Assembly: GCA_040954595.2 (NCBI GenBank)
Contig: JBECUI020000024.1
Span: 248,001-312,000 of the forward strand
DNA length: 64,000 nt
Source: Balanoglossus misakiensis
Taxonomy: Eukaryota > Animalia > Hemichordata
Reading direction: 5' to 3'
Positions 53,101-64,000 of the stretch are shown in pieces; within the stretch, counting starts at the first letter, position 1, and each line of letters starts with the position of its first letter. A program made the position numbers and the translations under genes. The notes beneath the pieces were generated by a model that made no database searches, was not told the DNA's origin, and worked only from the letters and a program-made list of their open reading frames with translations.

Positions 53101-56100
53101 GATACTTTCCACGGGTTTTCTAACAATGAATTCCCGTTCATCAACTCAGATTTCCTACAGCATAAGTCGGCTAAAACCCTGACACTCTAGAGCAGAAACA
53201 GTTGCACAAATGTTAACGTTGAACAAGTCGATTTTTCTACGGCCTGGCTCGGCTAAATCTCCGTCACAATATGACAGACACTAGCGTACGTTAGCAACGG
53301 TGATCAAGTCAGATTTTCTACGGCATGGCTTGGATAAAGCCCCGGCACTCTAGAGCAGAAACACGCGTACAGAGACCACGTTGATCAAGTCTGATCTCCT
53401 ACGGCTTGGCTCGACTAAAACCCCGGCACACTATGACAGACACTAGCGTTCATTAGCAACGTTGATCAAGTCAGATTTCCTACGGCCTGGCTCAACTAAA
53501 ACCCCGGCACACCATGACAGACACTAGCGTTCGTTAGCAACGTTGATCAAGACAGATTTCCTAAAGCCCTGACACTCTAGAGCAGAAACACGAGTACAGA
53601 GACCACGTTGATCTACTCACATTTCCTTCGGCCTGGCACGGCTGATGCCCCGGCACTATATATAGGACACAGACTGGCGTAAGTTAACAACGGTAATCAC
53701 GTCGGGTTTCCTACGGCCTGGCTCAGCTGAAGCCCCGGCACTCTAGAGCAGAAACAGGCGTACATTGACCACGTTGATCAAGTCAGATTTCCTACGGCGT
53801 GACTCGGCTGGTGCACCGGCTCTATATGACACAGACTGTCGTAAGTTATCAACGGTGATTACGTCGGATTTCCTACGGCCTGGTTTAGCTGAAACCCCGG
53901 CACTTTAGAGCGGAAACACGCTTACATAGACCACGATGATCAAGTCAGATCTCGTACGGCCTGGCTCGACTAAAACCCCGGCACACCATGACAGACACTA
54001 GCGTTCGTTAGCAACGGTGATCAAGTCGGATTTCCTTCGGCCTGGCTCTGCAAAAGACCCGACACTCTAGTACAAAGACGTTGGCTAAGTCGGGCAAACC
54101 GAAGAGGGAAAGTCACAGTGGGTCAACACTCGACATTTGTTCGGGTAGGACTGCATTATTGCCTGTCAATTTATAGAGAAAGCCCGAATTTAACCAGGGC
54201 GTTTCAAAAACCGACGTTAGTTGGGGGCACGGCCTGCAGTACTGCCGGGTAAGCTGACATCGGCGTACCGCATATAATGTAGGGGGGGGGGACAGAACGG
54301 TTCAATACTACATTTATTAGATATCAGCTAATTTTGGACAATCATCTAAAATCTAAATCATTTTTTCATATTTGGATATCTGATGATGTATGAAATTTCC
54401 ATTATATGTAAAAATGGTGCTGATTATAAAAAATGCACTTTGAATGAGCTGATTTAATACAAAATTACGTTTTATTCGTTTTTGCACCTAAAAGGTCATT
54501 TTTAGGCAAAACATTCTTTATTTTTTTAATTCGGTGACCTGATCATATATAAAGAATTACTTGTATGTTAAAAGTTTTTATGACTTTTAAAAGCAGTGAC
54601 ACTGGCGGCACCAACACGAAAATAACAATTTTAGCCACAATTTGGTCAAAATGGAAAATTTTTTCAAAATTACAAAAAATACCTGTTTTCTACATTTTCG
54701 GAAATATGATGGAGTATAGAATGCTCTTCGTATGTATATATCGATACAAATTCCACAAAAGACCGTCTAATTTGGCTCACTGCAGACAAAATTTCGTTTT
54801 ACCAAATTTTCCTTGAAAATGTCATTTTTAGAAAAAAAAATAAAAAAACCTTTGTTCTACGAATTTGGTGCCCCGATCATATATGACATGTTGATTGTAT
54901 GTTAAAACTTTCGACCACTCCAAAAATGCAGAGATATTGACGGAATTCAAGAAAAAATAGCCATGTTGGCCATATTTTGACAAAAATGGTAAATTTTTAA
55001 AAAATCATAAAAAATAACTCTTTTCTTCATTTTCGGAAATATTATGGAGCATGAAGTGTCGTTCTCTTGTAAAAAGTGCTGCAAATTCCAGAAAAGGTGG
55101 TATAATTTGAATCACACATGACAAAATTACAATTTTCGCCTTTTTTTCGAAAAATTGTCTTTTTTACAAAATAAATAAAAATAAATTCCTTTCTTAGTTT
55201 CAAACGGGTAGAGACACTTTCCACACGGGTTTTCTAACATTGAATTCCCGTTCATCAGCTCTGATTTCCTACAGCATAAATCGGCTAAAACCCTGACACT
55301 CTAGAGCAGAAACAGTTGCACACTGGTAACGTTGAACAAGTCGATTTTTTACAGCCTGGCTCGGCTAAATCTCCGTCACAATATGACAGACACTAGCGTA
55401 CGTTAGCAACGGTGATCAAGTCAGATTTTCTACGGCATGGCTTGGATAAAGCCCCGGCACTCTAGAGCAGAAACACGCGTACAGAGACCACGTTGATCAA
55501 GTCTGATCTCCTACGGCTTGGCTCGACTAAAACCCCGGCACACTATGACAGACACTAGCGTTCGTTAGCAACGTTGATCAAGACAGATTTCCTACGGCAT
55601 GGCTTTGCTAAAGCCCTGACACTCTAGAGCAGAAACACGAGTACAGAGACCACGTTGATCTACTCACATTTCCTTCGGCCTGGCACGGCTGATGCCCCGG
55701 CACTATATATAGGACACAGACTGGCGTAAGTTAACAACGGTAATCACGTCGGGTTTCCTACGGCCTGGCTCAGCTGAAGCCCCGGCACTCTAGAGCAGAA
55801 ACAGGCGTACATTGACCACGTTGATCAAGTCAGATTTCCTACGGCGTGACTCGGCTGGTGCACCGGCTCTATATGACACAGACTGTCGTAAGTTATCAAC
55901 GGTGATTACGTCGGATTTCCTACGGCCTGGTTTAGCTGAAACCCCGGCACTTTAGAGCGGAAACACGCTTACATAGACCACGATGATCAAGTCAGATCTC
56001 GTACGGCCTGGCTCGACTAAAACCCCGGCACACCATGACAGACACTAGCGTTCGTTAGCAACGGTGATCAAGTCGGATTTCCTTCGGCCTGGCTCTGCAA

Positions 56101-59024
56101 AAGACCCGACACTCTAGTACAAAGACGTTGGCTAAGTCGGGCAAACCGAAGAGGGAAAGTCACAGTGGGTCAACACTCGACATTTGTTCGGGTAGGACTG
56201 CATTATTGCCTGTCAATTTATAGAGAAAGCCCGAATTTAACCAGGGCGTTTCAAAAACCGACGTTAGTTGGGGGCACGGCCTGCAGTACTGCCGGGTAAG
56301 CTGACATCGGCGTACCGCATATAATGTAGGGGGGGGGGGGGACAGAACGGTTCAATACTACATTTATTAGATATCAGCTAATTTTGGACAATCATCTAAA
56401 ATCTAAATCATTTTTTCATATTTGGATATCTGATGATGTATGAAATTTCCATTATATGTAAAAATGGTGCTGATTATAAAAAATGCACTTTGAATGAGCT
56501 GATTTAATACAAAATTACGTTTTATTCGTTTTTGCACCTAAAAGGTCATTTTTAGGCAAAACATTCTTTATTTTTTTAATTCGGTGACCTGATCATATAT
56601 AAAGAATTACTTGTATGTTAAAAGTTTTTATGACTTTTAAAAGCAGTGACACTGGCGGCACCAACACGAAAATAACAATTTTAGCCACAATTTGGTCAAA
56701 ATGGAAAATTTTTTCAAAATTACAAAAAATACCTGTTTTCTACATTTTCGGAAATATGATGGAGTATAGAATGCTCTTCGTATGTATATATCGATACAAA
56801 TTCCACAAAAGACCGTCTAATTTGGCTCACTGCAGACAAAATTTCGTTTTACCAAATTTTCCTTGAAAATGTCATTTTTAGAAAAAAAAATAAAAAAACC
56901 TTTGTTCTACGAATTTGGTGCCCCGATCATATATGACATGTTGATTGTATGTTAAAACTTTCGACCACTCCAAAAATGCAGAGATATTGACGGAATTCAA
57001 GAAAAAATAGCCATGTTGGCCATATTTTGACAAAAATGGTAAATTTTTAAAAAATCATAAAAAATAACTCTTTTCTTCATTTTCGGAAATATTATGGAGC
57101 ATGAAGTGTCGTTCTCTTGTAAAAAGTGCTGCAAATTCCAGAAAAGGTGGTATAATTTGAATCACACATGACAAAATTACAATTTTCGCCTTTTTTTCGA
57201 AAAATTGTCTTTTTTACAAAATAAATAAAAATAAATTCCTTTCTTAGTTTCAAACGGGTAGAGACACTTTCCACACGGGTTTTCTAACATTGAATTCCCG
57301 TTCATCAGCTCTGATTTCCTACAGCATAAATCGGCTAAAACCCTGACACTCTAGAGCAGAAACAGTTGCACACTGGTAACGTTGAACAAGTCGATTTTTT
57401 ACAGCCTGGCTCGGCTAAATCTCCGTCACAATATGACAGACACTAGCGTACGTTAGCAACGGTGATCAAGTCAGATTTTCTACGGCATGGCTTGGATAAA
57501 GCCCCGGCACTCTAGAGCAGAAACACGCGTACAGAGACCACGTTGATCAAGTCTGATCTCCTACGGCTTGGCTCGACTAAAACCCCGGCACACTATGACA
57601 GACACTAGCGTTCGTTAGCAACGTTGATCAAGACAGATTTCCTACGGCATGGCTTTGCTAAAGCCCTGACACTCTAGAGCAGAAACACGAGTACAGAGAC
57701 CACGTTGATCTACTCACATTTCCTTCGGCCTGGCACGGCTGATGCCCCGGCACTATATATAGGACACAGACTGGCGTAAGTTAACAACGGTAATCACGTC
57801 GGGTTTCCTACGGCCTGGCTCAGCTGAAGCCCCGGCACTCTAGAGCAGAAACAGGCGTACATTGACCACGTTGATCAAGTCAGATTTCCTACGGCGTGAC
57901 TCGGCTGGTGCACCGGCTCTATATGACACAGACTGTCGTAAGTTATCAACGGTGATTACGTCGGATTTCCTACGGCCTGGTTTAGCTGAAACCCCGGCAC
58001 TTTAGAGCGGAAACACGCTTACATAGACCACGATGATCAAGTCAGATCTCGTACGGCCTGGCTCGACTAAAACCCCGGCACACCATGACAGACACTAGCG
58101 TTCGTTAGCAACGATGATCAAGTCGGATTTCCTTCGGCCTGGCTCTGCAAAAGACCCGACACTCTAGTACAAAGACGTTGGCTAAGTCGGGCAAACCGAA
58201 GAAGGAAAGTCACAGTGGGTCAACACTCGACATTTGGTCGGGTAGGACTGCATTATTGCCTGTCAATTTATAGAGAAAGCCCGAATTTAACCAGGGCGTT
58301 TCGAACACCGTCGTTAGTTGGGGGCACGGCCTGCAGTACTGCCTGGTAAGCTGACATCGGCGTACCGCATATAATGTTGGGGGGGGGGGGGACAGAACGG
58401 TTCAATACTACATTTATTAGATATCAGCTAATTTTGGACAATCATCTAAAATCTAAATCATTTTTTCATATTTGGATATCTGATGATGTATGACATTTCC
58501 ATTATATGTAAAAATGGTGCTGATTATAAAAAATGCATTCTGATTTAATACAAAATTGCGTTTTATTCGTTTTTACACCAAAAAGGTCATTTTTAGGCAA
58601 AACATTCTTTATTTTTTTAATTCGTTGACCTGATCATATATAAACAATTGCTTGTATGTTAAAAGTTTTTATGACTTATAAAAGCTGTGACACTGGCGGC
58701 ATTCAACACGAAAATAACAATTTTAGCCACAATTTGGTCAAAATGGTAAATTTTTGAAAATTACAAAAAATACCTGTTTTCTACATTTTCGGAAATCTGA
58801 TGGAGTATAGAATGCTCTTCGTATGTATATATCGATACAAATTCCACAAAAGACCGTCTAATTTGGCTCACTGCTGACAAAATTGCGTTTTACCAAATTT
58901 TCCTTGAAAATGTCATTTTTAGAAAAAAAAACTAAAAAAACGTTTGTTCTTCGAATTTGGTGCCCTGATCATATATGACATGTTGATTGTATGTTAAAAC
59001 TTTCGACCACTCCAAAAATGCAGA
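38134..59024. repeat. Composite macrosatellite array, block 2 (~10.5 units)
   Basis: Poly-G landmarks at about 38423, 39797, 41676, 43725, 45769, (deleted at 48061), 50102, 52161, 54282, 56328, 58379. Confidence 0.97.
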
Positions 59025-59310
59025 TAGTCCGTGGGCTGGAGGGGTCCACCGAGCACCCCCCCCCCCCCATAAACCTACCACTTGGGTATTTTTTTGTTCT
59101 TTAGAACGTGCTGAACAAGAAAAAAAGATGTTAACATTGAATATTTTGGGTTGCACTACCCCTCCGGGGTGGTTTTTGAATGGTATGTGCCGCTCAAAAT
59201 GGCGAAAAATGGGTTGGGGTAGGGGGTACTATATTCTCTCCTAAAAAATAAAACTACCATGAAATTACATAAACCTTATATTTTTAGAAAGCTTAGATAC
59301 TGCTCTTTAC
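59025..59310 (+). repeat. Left TIR of the Academ-like element
   Basis: Reverse complement of ~62080-62352 apart from a few substitutions and small indels. Confidence 0.9.
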
Positions 59311-59840
59311 GGGAAGCACAAACTTTATTAAACAATATTTATGAATATTTAATTAGATGATTTTTAAATTAATTTTTTCGGCAATTTTGAAAATATTCAC
59401 CCCAAAGACAACGCAACAATTGTGATTTTCTTTTTGTGAAGCAAATTTTTGACATCTTTTGGGGGTTTGGATTATTGACTTCTATTTATTAAACAAGAAA
59501 ACAAATGTTAACATTAGTTATATAACAATACAATACTTCTTTAGAGACAAGTTTGAAATGCATGTATCCTATGGGATTACGCATGGTCTTGGGGTAGGGG
59601 GTACTATATCCTCTCCTACAACAATAAAGTTAACTTCAAAGTACATAAACCTTATATTTTTAGAAAGCTTAGACACTGCTCTTTACGGGGAGTAAAATTA
59701 ATTTTTGATTATTTAATTATATGATTTTTAAATTATTTTCTTCGGCAATTTTGAAAATATTCACCCCAAAGACAAAGCAACTATTGTGATTTTTCTTTTT
59801 GTGAAGCAAATTTTTGACAACTTTTTAGGTTTGGATTATT
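59214..59840 (+). repeat. Subterminal ~365-bp direct repeat in the left arm of the Academ-like element
   Basis: ttggggtagggggtactatat..aaaccttatatttttagaaagcttaga..ggcaattttgaaaatattcaccccaaagaca occurs at ~59214 and ~59589. Confidence 0.85.
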
Positions 59841-62081
59841 TTTTTTATTGTCATAAACTAGACAAAACATCTCTACATCTCAAAAGAAAACAAAATGTTC
59901 AAGTACAGAAGTTTTTGAAAATATTCCAGTACCTGTAGTGTGTGTGATTCTCCATCGCCTTTGCTTGGTAAGTATCAATTTTTTGTATATTATTGAGGTA
60001 AGATAAAAATGTGCGAAGGTTTGGCAATACTGGCTTAAATTTATATTTAAAGATAACATTCTTTGAAAGTAATATAAAGTAATTCAGGGCTAACCACTCA
60101 CCGTTTGTGTGGTTACTTTGAAAATTCTATTTTATACCCACCAAAACATCAAAAGGGGACAGCTCAATGGCAATATTACACTTTGTCTGTAATTGCAACT
60201 CTACATCCTTCCAAAAAGACAAAATACAGTCGCATTCGAAAAATAAATGTATAAGGATTTCCTCATAATTTTCACAGAAGGTGCATTTCACAGAATCGCA
60301 TTTTCCCCCTTATCTTTAAAAATGTATTTGTAGTACAGATTCTACTAGCAGTTCTGAATTGAAAATTACGCAAAGTAGAATCCTTTGTTACAATAAATGG
60401 TAAAGCATAGTGTAATTGCGAATCAAAATTCCCGAAGAGGTCTTTCCATTTTTGCGTACATCTCATCGGTTTAAGATTATTCTTCAAAAATAACTTATTA
60501 TAAGTAAAATAGAGTAGGTTTTTTTCAGGATCTATTTGTGTAAAACATGTTTGGGTGGTCATTATTTACAGAGCCTTGTTGCTGAATCTTTCTGAACCGT
60601 GATCTTGGAATAGCGTTGATTAAACCCATATGAAGTTTGGTGAACAATTATGTCTGTTACTAAAATCTTGGAAAGATAAAATGGAACCGGAAAAATCTAA
60701 TAAATCCGAAATATACATTACAACATTATCATACCAGTTTTTATAAAATATGGTAGCGTTGTTAACTTTCAGCTCTGGTTGAACCATATACACTTTTTTA
60801 TGTTATTAATAGGGTCGGGGGGGGGGGGGGTTGACCAACATAGTAGTACTGAGTACCAGAAGCTATGACGTGAAAATCTGTTTCTGGCAAACTCCACGAC
60901 CTGAGCGGGGGTGAAGTGGGTAAGATAGCAGGGGATATACCCACAGTTTAAACATTTCTATCCACTGAGAATATTGATTGGACATTAATCTGTTAATCCA
61001 CGAAGCATGCACTGCTTGAACGAATGAGGGAAGATGGGTCATTCGCAAACCCCACTCATCACAATTACAACATAATCTTAATCTATTGACTTTATCGGGT
61101 TTTGAATTCCGATAAAACTCTAATAAGTGTACATATTTGATTATCTGACATGGGAGGTAAGGATGAGAAAATATGAATAAACTTTGACAAAGCAAGTGTT
61201 TTAGCTATTGTAATCTTGCCAAATAAGGTCACAGGTCGCCATGACCACTTAGTAAGCAGTGTGGACACTTCCCTTACTTTTGGTGTAAAATTTAACATAT
61301 CGAGCCCAACAAGATCAACGTTCAGGTTAATACCAAGAACTGTTAACGGTTCATCAACCCATAATAAGTTCTTGTTTGGCAACAAAATATCATGTGAATG
61401 GCATTTAGCGCCAAACCAAACCAATTTAGTTTTTTGGTAGTTAATTCGCAAACCCGACAGAAAAGTAAAGAAACCCAAGGTAGCAAACAGATTTGTCAGA
61501 GAACTTTCAGAACCATCTAAATATACAAAAATATCATCTGCGTATTGCCCCAGTAATTTTTTTTTATCTCTAAGTGTAATTCCTTCTATATTACTATGGG
61601 CTCTGATTTCATGCGCAAGTTTTTCAACACAGGTGATAAACAGGTACGGTGATAGAGGATCACCTTGTCTAACACCTCTCTCGAGGGGAAAAATCAGGAA
61701 AGTTTCCGTTATTTATAACACAACTAGTGGTGTTTTTATAAAACACTTTGACCCATTTTCTGAAAGAGGGATAAAAATTAAACTTTCTCAATGCTTTATC
61801 GATAAATTCCCAAGAAAGCGTGTCAAACGCCATTTCAAAGTCTAGAAGTACAAGAAAACCTTGTCTATCTTTGAAGTTAACAATACATCATCAATCAAAC
61901 GTGTATTTTCACCAATATACCTTCCTTTCCTCAAAAAAACTTTCTAGTCAGGGTGAATAATTTTTGGCAAGAACCGTTTCATACGGTTTGCTATAACACC
62001 AGATGCAATCTTATCATCCGTGTTTAGCAATGTAATACGGCGCCAATTTTTCATGTGAAATCTATTCTTGTTGGGTTTCGG
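59840..62081 (-). pseudogene. 5'-truncated, heavily decayed L1/Tx1-clade LINE ORF2 with 3' UTR and A-rich tail
   Basis: PKPNK..KNWRRITLLNTD.KI..VIANRMK.FLP.IIHPD, RGVRQGDPLSPYLF, QYADD, SGLRINYQKTK, GKITIAKTLALSK, and a C-terminal C..C/HLFFEC motif, spread across several frames with stops. CAATAAAAAAAA on the minus strand at ~59840-59850. Confidence 0.85.
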
Positions 62082-62352
62082 GAAAGACCAGTATCTAAGC
62101 TTTCTAAAAATATGAGGTTTATGTAATTTCATGGTAGTTTTATTTTTTTAGGAGAGAATATAGTACCCCCTACCCCAACCCATTTTTCGCGGCACATACC
62201 ATTCAAAAACCACCCCGGAGGGGTAGTGCAACCCAAAATATTCAATGTTAACATCTTTTTTCTTGTTCAGCACGTTCTAAAGAACAAAAAATACCCAAGT
62301 GGTAGGTTTATGGGGGGGGGGTGCCTGGTGGACCCCTTCAGCCCACGGACTA
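62080..62352 (-). repeat. Right TIR of the Academ-like element
   Basis: Reverse complement of 59025-59310. Confidence 0.9.
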
Positions 62353-62605
62353 AGAGATATTGACGGAATTCAAGATAAAATAGCCATTTTGGCCATATTT
62401 TGACAAAAATGGTAAATTTTTAAAAAATCATAAAAAATTAACTCTTTTCTTCATTTTCGGAAATATTATGGAGCATGAAGTGTCGTTCTCTTGTAAAAAG
62501 TGCTGCAAATTCCAGAAAAGGCGGTATAATTTGAATCACCCAAGACAAAATTACCATTTTCGACTTTTTTTTCGAAAAATTGTCTTTTTTACAATATAAA
62601 TAAGA
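62353..62605. repeat. Macrosatellite AT-rich block fragment between two insertions
   Basis: Continues the unit interrupted at 59024 (agagatattgacggaattcaag...). Confidence 0.95.
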
Positions 62606-63761
62606 ATTAAAGCTGCAAGCAGCGTTGGCGGGGCACAAGCGGTTCCCATGGTAAACAGCAAATGCCAAGGCTGTATCTGCTGTGGATACCAAGATATGGG
62701 AAAGTAGGTCAAAGGTCACCTGAGGTCACCCCAAATTTGGGCAAAAAAATCGGAACCCATACTAGTCTAGGTCCAACAAAAACCAGACCCCTAGCTTTAT
62801 TGGTTCGCCTAGAATTAGGTATGCGCATAATTAATGAGGTCTAGTGTAAGGCATAAAATTTTGACCCCAGAGTGGGCCATGTCCAACTAAAACCAGACCT
62901 CTAGCCCTATTGGTTAGCCTGGAATTATATATGCAGAAAAATGATGTTTCAGAAATAGGTCAAGGGTCATTGCCAAAATTACCAAAATATTTGTGTCATG
63001 TCCTGGCAGCATTGGTACCCATGTCCACAAAATTCATGACTGTGGTGCTTTGACAAGAGGAGGTATGGGGAATATGCATATATAATTAGTTGTTTTAAAA
63101 CCGGGTCAAAGGTCATGTGAAAATTGCCCCGAAAAATTGTGACAACTTCCGGTCATATGATGACTCATATCCGAAAAAAGAATTTTTATGCTGTCAACAT
63201 TTTGGCTACAAAACGGAATTTTCATTTTTCAATGGTTTTCCGAAAATCCAACATGGCCGCCATAATGATCGACCAATCACAGTGCGCTTCGCAAACTTGA
63301 TAGACATAGGTTAGGTGACCACATACCCCGAATCCCGTGACTCGGCAATCGCTGGTTCTGGAGTAGAAGATTTTTAAAGTTTTAAGTAGTGATTCAGAAA
63401 AACAATTGTAGCAAAAAAACTTTGTGTGACGTCATGATTTCAATGGGCTAAAATGATGGACAGAAGGTAGGCTACCTGCACACCAAATTTGAACTCGATC
63501 AGCCCAGTGGTTTTTGAGAAGGACTCGTTTAACGATTTTCAGGAAATCCAATATGGCCGCCAGGTCACGTGACTAATTAAATATTCACGAGCCACTGCAC
63601 GTCTACCCATTGGCCCCTACCACCCTACCAAGTTTCAGCCCCCTAGGTGCTGCAGTTTTCCAGATGTACAATGACATATTTCTCGGAAGAAGAATAATAA
63701 TAAAGAAGAAATATTCCAACAATACCAATAGGGGCACAAGCCCGATAGGCTTGTGCCCCTA
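62606..63761 (-). mobile_element. Complete non-autonomous Helentron/DINE-1-like element (HINE), ~1156 bp
   Basis: Subterminal inverted repeats ggggcacaagc (62630-62640) and gcttgtgcccc (63749-63759). 14-bp hairpin at 63729-63761, (GAA/TAA)n microsatellite at ~63688-63710, small terminal palindrome gctgc-aa-gcagc (62612-62623). Junctions fit insertion into TT (minus strand) with no TSD. Confidence 0.8.
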
Positions 63762-64000
63762 ATAAATTCTTTTCTTAGTTTCAAACGGGTAGAGATACTT
63801 TCCACACGGGTTTTCTAACATTGAATTCCCGTTCATCAACTCAGATTTCCTACAGCATAAGTCGGCTAAAACCCTGACACTCTAGAGCAGAAACAGTTGC
63901 ACACTGGTAACGTTGAACAAGTCGATTTTTCTACGGCCTGGCTCGGCTAAATCTCCGTCACAATATGACAGACACTAGCGTAGGTTAGCAACGTTGATCA
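63762..64000. repeat. Macrosatellite resumes and runs off the window
   Basis: ataaattcttttcttagtttcaaacggg... followed by the first 81-bp monomers. Confidence 0.95.

Larger units (their letters stand above)
59025..62352. mobile_element. Non-autonomous TIR DNA transposon, Academ-like, carrying an L1/Tx1 fragment
   Basis: Termini TAGTCCGTGGGCTG...CAGCCCACGGACTA; ~280-bp TIRs; 3-bp TSD AGA (59022-59024 and 62353-62355) at host gc-aga-gatattg. TAG ends with 3-4 bp TSD are typical of Academ. Confidence 0.8.

Noticed and set aside
4277-57274. Recurrent short ORFs in the satellite (MESISTRL..., MLKVFMTF..., MSKYGQNG..., MNRSV...)
   Set aside because: 60-110 aa, often non-ATG starts, broken by homopolymer indels in many units, no recognisable domain; they recur only because the DNA is repeated.
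62605-63763. Apparent 3-bp AAT TSD around the last insertion (PIF/Harbinger-like MITE)
   Set aside because: There are no true terminal inverted repeats; subTIRs, hairpins and microsatellite fit a Helentron-type element, and the AAT overlap is explained by T-rich ends.

Overview
AT-rich eukaryotic (probably marine invertebrate animal) repeat DNA; I can support no host protein-coding gene. The backbone is a head-to-tail composite macrosatellite of about 21-22 units (typically ~2.05 kb, range ~1.4-2.8 kb). Each unit has a poly-G tract, a ~1-kb AT-rich block built from an old ~335-bp repeat, an ordered series of ~81-bp monomers (usually 11) and a ~180-bp unique tail. Transposable elements interrupt the array. 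At the start, a CR1-group LINE (3' part, in-frame stops, (TTGA)n tail) is itself interrupted by a Helentron-type non-autonomous element (HINE). In the middle, a decayed BEL/Pao LTR retrotransposon (minus strand, 3' LTR lost) contains a very young full-length BEL/Pao element in opposite orientation, with identical 353-bp LTRs, a CTGTG target duplication and non-canonical TA...TA ends. Near the end are an Academ-type TIR element (TAG...CTA, 3-bp TSD) carrying a decayed L1/Tx1 fragment, and a complete HINE. Most notable: the TA...TA LTR ends, the LINE-carrying Academ element, the multi-level satellite architecture, and a speculative structured small-RNA-like motif in nearly every unit. All calls were made by eye; no searches were run.
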